A DNA stretch of 62,062 bases. Source: Octopus bimaculoides. Taxonomy: Eukaryota. The stretch spans positions 47,829,845 through 47,891,906 of the forward strand of contig NC_068997.1 in NCBI RefSeq assembly GCF_001194135.2, given 5' to 3'. Of this stretch, positions 49,058 to 61,609 are shown piece by piece (the first letter of the stretch is position 1; each line of letters starts with the position of its first letter). The notes beneath the pieces were generated by a model that saw only the letters and a list, made by a program, of their open reading frames with translations, did not search any database and was not told the origin of the DNA. A program made the position numbers and the translations under genes.

Positions 49058-50207
49058 TTCAATTTCGTGAGATTATCAGGCACTGGATGACTGCTTGCAA
49101 TAAAGTTAACTCCACTAAAGGTAACCAAGAACCACAAGAACTCGAAGTTATTGCGGAAGGCACTTGCTTAAGGTGCCGGTCAGTGGGATAGGAGCTGAAA
49201 CCTGGAGGGCATGAGGGATTTTATTAGGTTGCAANNNNNNNNNNNNNNNNNNNNNNNNNNNNNNNNNNNNNNNNNNNNNNNNNNNNNNNNNNNNNNNNNN
49301 NNNNNNNNNNNNNNNNNNNNNNNNNNNNNNNNNNNNNNNACTCAAGTACAATATATAATTCATTCTTAGGTCCTGTCAAAGTTTCATTGTCATTAATTTA
49401 TAAGTTTTAAAAAGTTTAGAATGAAAACTAAAATCTCACCCCTATTCCACAAAAAAAAAAGAAAAAAAAAAAGCTTTCTCAGAAATACCCTTTCGTGAGA
49501 TAGCTGTTGCAATATTTAGAATTGCAATCTCTAATTCCATTACATTGGAAATTTTGGAGCGTTTAATGAAAGCTTCATTAATTGACAATTGCAGAAAGTC
49601 AAAATTATTGACCAGGAATTTAAAAAATCATGCAGAACGAAGCATGAAACGCCAATAATTTTGGTATTTATAATAAGCAAGATTTTTTTATCGCTTTCAA
49701 GAAAATAAACACTTCAAAACTTAGAATTGTAACGAGCAATTTTTAAAAATTAAATACCACCCAAGAAGATAGTAAAACTAAAAAATTGAAATCTGTTCGC
49801 AAACAGGGGATGTTTCGGCCCATTAAAAACGTTCAAATTGTTCAATTTCGTAAGTTGATCAAGCACTGAATAATTGCTCGCAACAAAGGTAACTCCACTA
49901 AAGGTAACCAAGAACCAGAAAGAGTGGCACTAGAGAGGACGGCAGATACTCAGCAAAGTACAAGAATACTTCCTGCAGGGTTTATAGTTGCCGTCAGCTA
50001 AATTTGACTCGGTTTTGGATAACACGAAGTTATTGCAAAAGGCACTCGCTCAAGGTGCCAATCAGTGGGATAGAATCTGAAACCTGGAGGACATGAAGAA
50101 TTTTATTATGTCCCAAGAAATTCCCGGACTATTGAAATATGCCATATTCACTCTTAGGAGCTGCCAAAATGTCGTTGTCATTAACAGTAGCGTTAAGGTA
50201 GAATGAA
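49058..50207. repeat. Diverged ~780-bp tandem duplication between gaps
   Basis: TTCAATTTCGT...TAACTCCACTAAAGGTAACCAAGAACCA and GAAGTTATTGC..AAGGCACT.GCT.AAGGTGCC occur at both 49058-49232 and 49842-50110. Confidence 0.75.
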
Positions 50208-52139
50208 NNNNNNNNNNNNNNNNNNNNNNNNNNNNNNNNNNNNNNNNNNNNNNNNNNNNNNNNNNNNNNNNNNNNNNNNNNNNNNNNNNNNNNNNNNNNN
50301 NNNNNNNNNNNNNNNNNNNNNNNNNNNNNNNNNNNNNNNNNNNNNNNNNNNNNNNNNNNNNNNNNNNNNNNNNNNNNNNNNNNNNNNNNNNNNNNNNNNN
50401 NNNNNNNNNNNNNNNNNNNNNNNNNNNNNNNNNNNNNNNNNNNNNNNNNNNNNNNNNNNNNNNNNNNNNNNNNNNNNNNNNNNNNNNNNNNNNNNNNNNN
50501 NNNNNNNNNNNNNNNNNNNNNNNNNNNNNNNNNNNNNNNNNNNNNNNNNNNNNNNNNNNNNNNNNNNNNNNNNNNNNNNNNNNNNNNNNNNNNNNNNNNN
50601 NNNNNNNNNNNNNNNNNNNNNNNNNNNNNNNNNNNNNNNNNNTATTGAAACCAGGTAGCAAACGGCTTCGCAGGAAGTCGTTTGTTTCACTAAAATCATT
50701 TAAATTACTACCTACAGGTTGCACAATATCTGTTGGATGATTATGAAAGCAAAAGAAGCATCATTTTGACATCAAACTTCATGAAATTACAAAAATTCTA
50801 CAGACCAGTTCAATTTCGCATACAAAGTTCTAGATAGATTCATGTATTCTGCTTTCCTCGCTTGACCATGAGAATTAGTTAAATTTGAATAAAACTCAAA
50901 TATAACCGATGCAATAACAGTCTCTGGGTTCGCATGGAATCAACAGGAAGTCAAATTAGATCCAGGATAGGTTTATTTGGTTCAAAGCTTTCGTGTTTTC
51001 TTCCATCTTCGATAATGTTCCAACAGAAAAGAAAATCAGTCGTTCAGTTTGACCGCTGAAAATAATATTTACGAGCATAAACAGCAGAAATTCCATAATT
51101 TAGACATTACTTCTATTTTGATATCTAAATTCATAGTTTTCAATAACATCGTGTCAATGTTTCGAGTTTCCATTAAATTTTCGATTTCGCTCTGTTGTTA
51201 ATCGTGTTAAAACCTAACTCAAACACACATCGTGACAACTACAATATAAATATTTAAGTATCTATCAACCAAATCAATCAGCTTTGATAAAGCGGTAAAC
51301 TTTTGCCAAGGTAAATCCTATCTGGTTATGATGCACGAGAGAAGCAATTTCATTTGTACAACACTTCGCTTATACCGGTTTCAGTCACTGAACCACAGTT
51401 ACGTATTAAAGCCTTGCATTGACCATAGCACTTTTCATTACAGAACTTTATTGGATAGGCTAAGTCAGCGCTTGACAAGGGGCCGCATAGTGATACGAGT
51501 AAAGATAAACGCAACGCTCTCAATGTTGCACTCGCACATTCGGCCGTTTACCAAATGTTACTCAAAGATTTGTTAAATCTAAGGCAACAGTAGAAGACTC
51601 CAAGCTGGCCTACGATAGAATTGAACGTGAAACATGGTTTCGAAGAGAACCTAACATCTGTATCCGTGTCTATAAATATAACAATGGTGACACATTTTAT
51701 TGGAATATTCATTTCCAAAGAGTTATGAACTACATAGTCTATACTGCCGGCAGGGAGCTAATGAAGCCGCAGCACCCACTTCCCACCGACAAAGTATATG
51801 AAGAAAAATATGTACCTTCATAAAAGCAGCCAGAGTCAAATCAGCGTCACATGGATGTCAATATGTCACGCTGAAAATGAGAAAAGTTTGAGATTTTTAG
51901 TTTACGAATGCTGGTTCTTTTATCTTGCGAAGGATAATCAAATTTAAAGCACATTTTCCAGAAGTATGGTTGATTTACCACCCCGAAACNNNNNNNNNNN
52001 NNNNNNNNNNNNNNNNNNNNNNNNNNNNNNNNNNNNNNNNNNNNNNNNNNNNNNNNNNNNNNNNNNNNNNNNNNNNNNNNNNNNNNNNNNNNNNNNNNNN
52101 NNNNNNNNNNNNNNNNNNNNNNNNNNNNNNNNNNNNNGA

Positions 52140-52450
52140 CTGCAGCCACGCTGGAGCACCGCTTTTAGTCAAATCGATCCCACGACTTTGTAAGCTTGGT
52201 GCTTATTCTAGGTCTCTTTCGCGAACCTCTAAGTTACAGAGACGTAAACACACTAACATCGGTTGTCAAGGCGGTGGGTGACAAATACACAAGCGACAGG
52301 CTTTCAGTTTCCGTCTACAAAAACCACTCACAAGGCTTTGTTCAGCCCGAGGCTATAGTAGATATTTGCCCAAGGTGCCACACAGTAGCACTGAACCCAG
52401 GACCATGTGATTGGGAATCAAGCTTCTTACCAGATACACGGCCACCAGGG
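52140..52450 (-). mobile_element. tRNA-derived SINE, near full length
   Basis: Reverse complement of the 58096-58525 type, from the tail (GCTGGAGCACCG) to the head (CCCAAGGTGCCAC..AGT.G.ACTGAACCC). Confidence 0.85.
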
Positions 52451-52786
52451 AAATGTCCTGTGTATCGCATGTAATACAGAGTAGGCAAAGCGTAAACATA
52501 AGTGTGTTAGACACTGGAAATGCGGAATGCAAAGGAAAATATTAACAGCTTGTCGATTCTATCTTTGACAGGAACAAAAAGAAAAAGCTGGAAAACTGAC
52601 GAGAAATTTGAAGAGAATTCAATATAACAAATTCAAGCAGCCATAGATTTTACTATAATCATCCCTTAACGCAAAGGAACGTCAAAATTTACCTCGTGAT
52701 TCAAAGAATATACCAGAATGAATTTTTGCTTTTCGCTAGACCGACTGAAAATCTATCATTAAACTATGCAGTTTGTGACAAGTGGT

Positions 52787-52920
52787 TGGCACTGGAACAG
52801 TTTCAATTCCCACTGGATAATTTAGATAAATTACAATGAAACTAAACCTTGTAACAAGTGGTTAGTGCTGGTACAGTTTCAAATCCCTCAGGATAATTTA
52901 GTTAAATTACAATGAAATTA
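52787..52920. repeat. Two tandem ~69-bp units
   Basis: ACAAGTGGTT.G..CTGG.ACAGTTTCAA...GGATAATTTAG.TAAATTACAATGAAA occurs twice. Confidence 0.85.
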
Positions 52921-54888
52921 AGTTAAAATCTGAAAAACTTAACACTAGCAGAAACCGTGTCAGTTGTTTAGGCTTAGATCTATCTTGAACGAACTACAAG
53001 TCGTTCCAGCCATAACCATCCCATTTTTTCAGAAAATGTGAAAGAACATTTTCCGGTGTAATCTTGCCTTTAAGATAAGTGTTTATTTAAGGGATATCTA
53101 TCCATTTTTAATAAGCCAAACCACACTGCAGGTACTTTCGTTGGAGCTGTGGCAGTGAATTATGTCTGCGAAACTTCTTTAAATAGGTGAAAGATCTCTG
53201 GTAGTTGAAGCGAGCCCCTCATTGGTTTGAAACAATCGAATTAATCTGTTCAACAAAGAGATCTTTAGAAATAAGCGGTCATAAATAACTGTAAATGAGA
53301 CGAAGAATTGCCCAGAGACAGAACGCAATAAAGTCTAATAAGGTACTGTTTAGTTTCAGCTTTGAACAAACGGAAAAAAAAGCTAACTCAGCACCGACAA
53401 CAAGTTCGTCTTTAAGAGTATTTAAGAGGACTAAAGTTTCCAATGGATCACTTCTGGATTTAAAAACCAGGGGGAATTGAGGGATCTTCCAGAGACACCA
53501 GAGTTTATACACGGGTTAACCTAGATAAAGGCATATAAAATCCTTCCAGTCTTTTTGGAGGGAGACATATGGGACCATTTCGTTTGCTATTTAAGACTAG
53601 TGTATGAATTGAATGGAAGATAGCTATTTTTTAAATCACGTCCTTTATTAAATAATTAGTAAATTAGTTATCAGCTCCGGCTTCTGCCCAGGTAGAGTTA
53701 ATAGTAACAATGCTCGACAACAAAACAGTGACTGAATGAATAAATCTTTTAATGAGAAAAGTTGTAATACTTACATTTTAATTACTACTTCCGAAAGAGT
53801 GAAATTGCTCTTGTACGTTTGTATTTGTCTGAGAGCAGCGCCAGGATACGAAGCCAACAGATGGAATCCAGGGCAATTTTAGTGACAGCCAATGGTATAT
53901 AAAATTTTTATTGGGTTATCAGGCAGTTTATAAGCGTGCTAACAATCGAAGATACTTTTTAGCAAGATAAAATGTTAAAATATGTACTCAACAACTGAGT
54001 TTATAGTTCAAGGGCTCATGTTTCTTTTTANNNNNNNNNNNNNNNNNNNNNNNNNNNNNNNNNNNNNNNNNNNNNNNNNNNNNNNNNNNNNNNNNNNNNN
54101 NNNNNNNNNNNNNNNNNNNNNNNNNNNNNNNNNNNNNNNNNNNNNNNNNNNNNNNNNNNNNNNNNNNNNNNNNNNNNNNNNNNNNNNNNNNNNNNNNNNN
54201 NNNNNNNNNNNNNNNNNNNNNNNNNNNNNNNNNNNNNNNNNNNNNNNNNNNNNNNNNNNNNNNNNNNNNNNNNNNNNNNNNNNNNNNNNNNNNNNNNNNN
54301 NNNNNNNNNNNNNNNNNNNNNNNNNNNNNNNNNNNNNNNNNNNNNNNNNNNNNNNNNNNNNNNNNNNNNNNNNNNNNNNNNNNNNNNNNNNNNNNNNNNN
54401 NNNNNNNNNNNNNNNNNNNNNNNNNNNNNNNNNNNNNNNNNNNNNNNNNNNNNNNNNNNNNNNNNNNNNNNNNNNNNNNNNNNNNNNNNNNNNNNNNNNN
54501 NNNNNNNNNNNNNNNNNNNNNNNNNNNNNNNNNNNNNNNNNNNNNNNNNNNNNNNNNNNNNNNNNNNNNNNNNNNNNNNNNNNNNNNNNNNNNNNNNNNN
54601 NNNNNNNNNNNNNNNNNNNNNNNNNNNNNNNNNNNNNNNNNNNNNNNNNNNNNNNNNNNNNNNNNNNNNNNNNNNNNNNNNNNNNNNNNNNNNNNNNNNN
54701 NNNNNNNNNNNNNNNNNNNNNNNNNNNNNNNNNNNNNNNNNNNNNNNNNNNNNNNNNNNNNNNNNNNNNNNNNNNNNNNNNNNNNNNNNNNNNNNNNNNN
54801 NNNNNNNNNNNNNNNNNNNNNNNNNNNNNNNNNNNNNNNNNNNNNNNNNNNNNNNNNNNNNNNNNNNNNNNNNNNNNNNNNNNNNNNN

Positions 54889-55200
54889 ATTTCGTGCCGT
54901 CTTCGGTTGTGTAGATGAAGAGCTCTTCCATTGTGACGACTGTTACTTCGTCCCAGGGTCGTACCCGTAGATCCAACTCTCGTCATCGGTGATGATCGTC
55001 AACATGATGGATGGGTCATCAGCGGCTGACGGAGATCTTGGCAGGCTTCGACGCAATGTTCTTTCTGTTCAGTGGTCAGCAGACGGGGTACAAACTTGGC
55101 AAACACACGCCAAATGTTGGGATTGCCTGCACGAAATCATACGACAGACCAACAACATTCATTTGGAGAGCAATACGAATCTGTTGTAAGCTCACCTTTC
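54889..55200 (-). mobile_element. Tc1/mariner (mariner-type) transposase fragment, truncated by a gap
   Basis: Minus strand AKFVPRLLTTEQKEHCVEACQDL ... IITDDESWIYGYDPGTK*QSSQWKS matches the mariner WVP-like, TGDE.W and YDP...QS.QW motifs. Confidence 0.9.
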
Positions 55201-56289
55201 CCATTTTTAGTAGCTGCAGAAGTCGAAAAATATATCCAGATATTGTATAATGCGAACATCAAAGCAATGTTTGTGGTCAACTGGTTAAAACGTAAGCAAT
55301 TCTTTCATTAAAAAAAAAAAATTCCATGCTTCGTTGTGACTAATCTTACGGCGTGAGCAATCCAGTTTTTATTGCAGATGTGACTTGTTAAATTTCTAAA
55401 GCATTTAAAAAAATGTTAAACCTTGCTGGAACATCCTAATTTGCGTGTTTGTCGGTGTATTCAGGTACATTTTCACCAAGGCAAAATCATTATTTTGTGT
55501 CATATTTCTCGCTTTTTACGTTCCAAGTTCAAATCCCACCATAGTTAATTTTGATTTTTATCCTTACGGAGTCTATGAAATAAAGTAGCAGTCAAATACT
55601 GATTCCAATGTAATCGCCTGTTCTTTCTTTGAAAATTCTGGCATTGTGTCTTTGGTAGAAATAATTATTTTGTCATTATGTTTCCAACTCCTTACGTTCT
55701 GAGTTCAGATCTCACCGAGATCAACATTGCCTTTCAACTTTATTGTCGTTCATCGTTCGATAAATATTGTCTTTCTTCGTTCGATAAATACTGGGGATCG
55801 ATTTAATCGACCAACCCGCTTAACCAAATTTGTGGGCCTTGTGCTCGTGTTTAGACAATTATTTTGTGTCTTTATGGGTGAAGACATGGCTGTATGGTTA
55901 AGAAATACGCCTGGGGCTCGACCTCACTTCGCACCATCTATCATTTCCTTGGAGTGACCAATAATTTAAGAGTGAAATATGGTTAACGGAAACTACGACG
56001 AATAGACTGTTTCGTTGATCGGATCAACTGAAACACTCGTCGTCGTAACCGACGGAGTGCTACTTTTTATCCTACCAACGTCCCGGGAGGAAAGGATATT
56101 GTAGGCTTACGTGAATTCTACAAAAACAAAATAAAACTAAAATCGAATATAGATGGTTGTCATAGCTACAGTTGCTGGAATGCCTTCGATCATAGATCTG
56201 ATTAATCAGACTCTCCCTACAGCTAAACAAAAACATCAATACGACTTGCTGACTCACTATACAGCTTTTATTAATAAATTTGTTTTTAC

Positions 56290-56752
56290 ACTTGACTTTT
56301 ATTAGTTCAGTTTTATTTCAATTTATCAAAATTTCTTGGTTCCTAGAGTCTGGTATATTAACACGCACTTTATTCTGCTGGCCAGACAAATGTTCCCCGA
56401 GTTTAAAAGTTTTTGCGAACAGGAAGCCTGGTGTTTTCGTAGACCGAGGTCGAGTAAGTGGCATATGGAGTGTCGTAAGGCCCCCTCGTTATTCCGGTGC
56501 TCGGGCAACGCCAGCGATGGGGGTTCTAGACGGTTTTTATATAGTGGGTTGGTAGAGTCTGAATGGGACGATGTCCTGGGGGTGACTCTAGGTCTCGAGT
56601 ATATTCAACTTGACAGCCTGTTCCACCGTACATTCGAGTTGAGAACGTTGGACAATTTCCAGAAGTCCTTGACCTGGCAATGTTACAGGGGCGCCTTGCC
56701 TGTTTGAGATAAACTCACAAGACTTGGAAAGTCTCACTCTCCGACCTGCTCA
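56290..56752 (+). pseudogene. L1/Tx1-clade ORF2 C-terminal fragment (region preceding the zinc-binding domain)
   Basis: LDNFQKSLTWQCYRGALPV*DKLTRLGKSHSPTC matches the Tx1-type W....GALP.RD.L.R.G...SP.C motif. Cut by the gap at 56753. Confidence 0.7.
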
Positions 56753-58095
56753 NNNNNNNNNNNNNNNNNNNNNNNNNNNNNNNNNNNNNNNNNNNNNNNN
56801 NNNNNNNNNNNNNNNNNNNNNNNNNNNNNNNNNNNNNNNNNNNNNNNNNNNNNNNNNNNNNNNNNNNNNNNNNNNNNNNNNNNNNNNNNNNNNNNNNNNN
56901 NNNNNNNNNNNNNNNNNNNNNNNNNNNNNNNNNNNNNNNNNNNNNNNNNNNNNNNNNNNNNNNNNNNNNNNNNNNNNNNNNNNNNNNNNNNNNNNNNNNN
57001 NNNNNNNNNNNNNNNNNNNNNNNNNNNNNNNNNNNNNNNNNNNNNNNNNNNNNNNNNNNNNNNNNNNNNNNNNNNNNNNNNNNNNNNNNNNNNNNNNNNN
57101 NNNNNNNNNNNNNNNNNNNNNNNNNNNNNNNNNNNNNNNNNNNNNNNNNNNNNNNNNNNNNNNNNNNNNNNNNNNNNNNNNNNNNNNNNNNNNNNNNNNN
57201 NNNNNNNNNNNNNNNNNNNNNNNNNNNNNNNNNNNNNNNNNNNNNNNNNNNNNNNNNNNNNNNNNNNNNNNNNNNNNNNNNNNNNNNNNNNNNNNNNNNN
57301 NNNNNNNNNNNNNNNNNNNNNNNNNNNNNNNNNNNNNNNNNNNNNNNNNNNNNNNNNNNNNNNNNNNNNNNNNNNNNNNNNNNNNNNNNNNNNNNNNNNN
57401 NNNNNNNNNNNNNNNNNNNNNNNNNNNNNNNNNNNNNNNNNNNNNNNNNNNNNNNNNNNNNNNNNNNNNNNNNNNNNNNNNNNNNNNNNNNNNNNNNNNN
57501 NNNNNNNNNNNNNNNNNNNNNNNNNNNNNNNNNNNNNNNNNNNNNNNNNNNNNNNNNNNNNNNNNNNNNNNNNNNNNNNNNNNNNNNNNNNNNNNNNNNN
57601 NNNNNNNNNNNNNNNNNNNNNNNNNNNNNNNNNNNNNNNNNNNNNNNNNNNNNNNNNNNNNNNNNNNNNNNNNNNNNNNNNNNNNNNNNNNNNNNNNNNN
57701 NNNNNNNNNNNNNNNNNNNNNNNNNNNNNNNNNNNNNNNNNNNNNNNNNNNAGAGAGAGAGAGAGAGAGAGACAGAGACAGACAGCCCGACAGAGAACCA
57801 TTAAAGCGTTGAAAAAATAAATTGCGGTATTTGCTTCGAGTCATTTACATTTTAAGTTCAAATCCCGCTAAGGTCATCTCTGCCTTTCATCCGTTTGGAA
57901 TCGATAAAATAATATATTAATGAAGTATTGTGGTCAACGAAATGACTAAATTCTTAGCCCTAAAGTTGTTGGCCTTGTGCCAAAATTTGAAACCGTTAAT
58001 ATCATTATCTCAGTGTTAAGTTTTCTCAGCTTAAGTTTTCTGGTAAGTTAACTAGAAGGCATTTTCAGGTAATTTGTGTATATTGTGCTTTTGTG

Positions 58096-58525
58096 TGTCG
58101 CAGCTGTGTGGTAAGAACCTTTCTTCCCAACCACATCGTTCTGGGTTCAGTCCCACAGCGTGGCACCTTAGGCAAGTGTCTTCTACTATAGCTTCGCGTC
58201 GAGAAAAGCCTTGTGAGTGGATTTGGTAGACGGAAACTATAAGAGGCCCGTCGTTTATGTGTGTGTGTGTATGCGTGCGTGTGTGTGTGTATGTATGTGT
58301 GTGTGTGTGTCTGTGTTTGTCTCTCACCACTGCTTAACAACTGGCATTGGTGTGTTTATGTCCCCTTAACTTAGCAGCTCGGTAAAAGGAAACGGATAGA
58401 ATAAATACCAAGCTTAATAAAAAAAGAAATGGAATAAGTGCTGGGGTCCATTCGTTCAACTAAAAATTCTTCGAGGCAATGCTCCAACATGACCGCAGTC
58501 TAATGACTGAAAGAAAAAAGACAAA
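58096..58525 (+). mobile_element. Full-length tRNA-derived cephalopod SINE with internal (GT)n tract
   Basis: A-box-like TGTGGTAAGAA, B-box-like GGTTCAGTCCC, core GCCTTGTGAGTGGATTTGGTAGACGGAAACT, (GT)n, and tail ending GCAGTCTAATGACTGAAAGAAAAAAG. Confidence 0.9.
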
Positions 58526-58657
58526 TGTGAGAGATTAGAAGATTATTCTATCTGCCCCCGCCTCTCCCTGGTACTTGATTTTAATAACTTGTTTGTATTG
58601 TGAGCCGAACGAAATATTTTCGGTCAGAATTCGCCTCAGTGATTTCTTGCAGTCTCA

Positions 58658-58690
<33 letters not shown>

Positions 58691-59058
58691 NNNNNNNNNN
58701 NNNNNNNNNNNNNNNNNNNNNNNNNNNNNNNNNNNNNNNNNNNNNNNNNNNNNNNNNNNNNNNNNNNNNNNNNNNNNNNNNNNNNNNNNNNNNNNNNNNN
58801 NNNNNNNNNNNNNNNNNNNNNNNNNNNNNNNNNNNNNNNNNNNNNNNNNNNNNNNNNNNNNNNNNNNNNNNNNNNNNNNNNNNNNNNNNNNNNNNNNNNN
58901 NNNNNNNNNNNNNNNNNNNNNNNNNNNNNNNNNNNNNNNNNNNNNNNNNNNNNNNNNNNNNNNNNNNNNNNNNNNNNNNNNNNNNNNNNNNNNNNNNNNN
59001 NNNNNNNNNNNNNNNNNNNNNNNNNNNNNNNNNNNNNNNNNNNNNNNNNNNNNNNNNN

Positions 59059-59092
<34 letters not shown>

Positions 59093-59094
<2 letters not shown>

Positions 59095-59255
59095 GACGGG
59101 CTTCTTTCAGTTTCCCTCTACCAAATCCACTCACAAGACTCTGGTCGGCCATTGGCAATAGTAGAAGACACTTACCCAAGGTGCCACGCAGTGGGACTGA
59201 ACCCAGAACCATGTGGTTGGTAAGCAAGCTACTTACCCCACAGCCACGTCTATAC
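59093..59255 (-). mobile_element. SINE 5' half
   Basis: Reverse complement of the head and core at 58096-58255. Confidence 0.85.
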
Positions 59256-59946
59256 ACACACACACACACACACCACACACACACACACACATGCATACTT
59301 ATTTGCATACATACAGACGAGAAGACAAGCAGACAGATTGATGGAATATTTAAAACCAGATATTTCTTCCTTCTTCCAAATGTAAACCTGCAGGACAAGT
59401 CAACGAAAGCCAATATCTGTAACCTGGTTGCCGTCTTACTCAGCGCGATCAATAAATATATCGAAAATGGTTCATGAGTAAAAGCAGTGGAAGAACAATA
59501 GCGAAAACCAAAAATAAACAACGAAGAGGTTTACAAAGCAAATGTATTGTGCTGTTGATTAAAGCAAGAGATATCGATGTTTCGGATAGATATCCTTTGT
59601 CAAGATGGATGGGAAGAGAGAAGAAGAAGAAACACGCCTTTCATAGGGGAAGAAAAAGAGGAAGTGGTTTTATCGAGAATACTCAGTAGTGGTGGACAGG
59701 AAACAAGTAGAGTTAATGATTTCCGGTAGAAAATATCGACTCTGTGTGTGTGTGTGTGTGTATGTGTGTGTGTGTGTGTAACAATATCTTAACTAAAAGT
59801 TTTACTTGTACGGTGCTCTTTTCTTCTTACTTGATGACAGATCCATACTGATGCTAATCAAACAGGTTTCTTTTAAGAAGCGTTGTAACCGTGACTATTC
59901 CTGAGAGTGCTAAAATTTAATGATTATTTCTAAAATAGTTGATAAT

Positions 59947-60093
59947 AAGTGCAGGAGTGGCTGCGTGGTAAGAAGTTTGCATCCCAACTACATGGTTCCG
60001 GGTTCAGTCCCACTGCGTAGCATCTTCGGCAAGTATCTTCCGCTATAGCATCGGTCCACTTGTGAGTGGATTTGGTAGAAAGAAAGAAGTCCG
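59947..60093 (+). mobile_element. SINE 5' half
   Basis: GCAGGAGTGGCTGCGTGGTAAGAAG...GGTTCAGTCCCACTGCG...GTGAGTGGATTTGGTAG. Confidence 0.85.
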
Positions 60094-60113
60094 ATATATA
60101 TATATATATATAC

Positions 60114-60253
60114 ATATATATATTATTCATTAAAATACAGAGATGCCTATAATAGGACATCTAACTCGCTAGAAAGAGCAGCAATAAACTTTATCTATCG
60201 GGTTAGATGTCCTATTATAGGCATCTCTGTATTTTAATGAATAATATATATAT
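60114..60253. repeat. Perfect 52-bp inverted repeat with 36-bp spacer
   Basis: 60114-60165 is the exact reverse complement of 60202-60253. Confidence 0.95.
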
Positions 60254-60437
60254 AGTCTATTGACTAATTTTTATTCTCGCTGGACCACTGGTGGTAAATT
60301 AAATTTCTAAAATTTTTTTTGCNNNNNNNNNNNNNNNNNNNNNNNNNNNNNNNNNNNNNNNNNNNNNNNNNNNNNNNNNNNNNNNNNNNNNNNNNNNNNN
60401 NNNNNNNNNNNNNNNNNNNNNNNNNNNNNNNNNNNNN

Positions 60438-60499
<62 letters not shown>

Positions 60500-60533
<34 letters not shown>

Positions 60534-60740
60534 TCTGTCTGTGTTCGTGCCACCATCAGCGCTTGACAACCGTTGCTGGCGTGTTACGTCCCTGTAACTT
60601 AGCGGTTTGGCAAAAGACTTTCGATAGCTATAAGTATTAGGCTAAAGAAATAAGTCCTGGGGTCGATTTGTTCGACTAAACACCTCTCGAAGGCGATGCT
60701 CCAGCATGGCGACAGTCAGATGACTAAAACATGTAAAAAT
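60500..60740 (+). mobile_element. SINE 3' half
   Basis: (GT)n followed by GTCCCTGTAACTTAGCGGTT...TGGGGTCGATTTG...GCTCCAGCATGGC.ACAGTCAGATGACT. Confidence 0.85.
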
Positions 60741-61284
60741 ATAAAAGAATAAAAGAATATATACACACACACATATAGAAGTGGTGTTAAAAGTTCCTTG
60801 ATTTGGGTAAAAGAAAATACCGGAGGATCAGTTTATCATGATTTCATTCACCATATTCCTCTCAGCTTCACATTCCTATTGCAGTTGTCCTTCATTTGTT
60901 TCTAAGTCCCGTAAAAAAGTCGGAAGCTTGGACCTCCAACTAGGCTTTTCTCAATACCCTTAAAGCCAGGAACTTTTTAGCAACCCCTCGTATATATTCC
61001 AATACATGTGTATACGTATGCAAATATGTACGTACGTGTCTGTCCGTCCGTCTGTCTGTCTGTTTCTATCTTATGCACTAAAATGACCAGCCTATTTTGC
61101 GCCTGAAACTCTAGGCATGTTAAGAATAAATATGTAATTATTCATTCTTGATCTCACTGTAGACTGTTCAAACAACGATATTTTATCGGTTGGCAGGTTT
61201 AAGCACCGATCAGAAATCAATTCTGTTCGTTGAAAGGATAAAGAAAGACAGCAGCTTTCCCTAACCTTAAACTTCCGGATACGT

Positions 61285-61320
61285 CTGGCTGACGAGGTAT
61301 AAGGTGCCGAAACACCCCAG
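61285..61320 (+). ncRNA. Minimal hammerhead ribozyme motif (cleavage triplet decayed)
   Basis: CTGG-CTGACGA-GGTAT-aag-GTGCC-GAAA-CACC-CCAG: stem I CTGG/CCAG and stem II with wobbles. CACC is two transitions away from the canonical CGTC. Confidence 0.55.
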
Positions 61321-61521
61321 TCCCCGATTGCCCTGTGCCAATGAGACGAGGTTGTTGAACACACTGATGTCCAGAAGGGAGAAATAATTCTCCTGAGACA
61401 TACACGCCAGCACCCAGCATATTTTGCATGTGAACTTGTCTAGATATGTTACAAATAAATATGCAAATATACTTTCCGGATATCTCTGTAGACTGTACAA
61501 ACAACGATTATATATATGTAT

Positions 61522-61522
<1 letters not shown>

Positions 61523-61594
<72 letters not shown>
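61523..61594. repeat. (CA)n microsatellite
   Basis: Direct reading. Other (CA)n, (TA)n and (GA)n tracts border many of the gaps. Confidence 0.98.
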
Positions 61595-61598
<4 letters not shown>

Positions 61599-61609
61599 CA
61601 CACACACAT

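Noticed and set aside
53982-59521. Long ORFs (300-360 aa) in the ORF track
   Set aside because: They are open only because they run through N gaps (X residues). The same applies to ORFs at 17405-18412, 22072-22704, 50062-50724 and 51847-52281.
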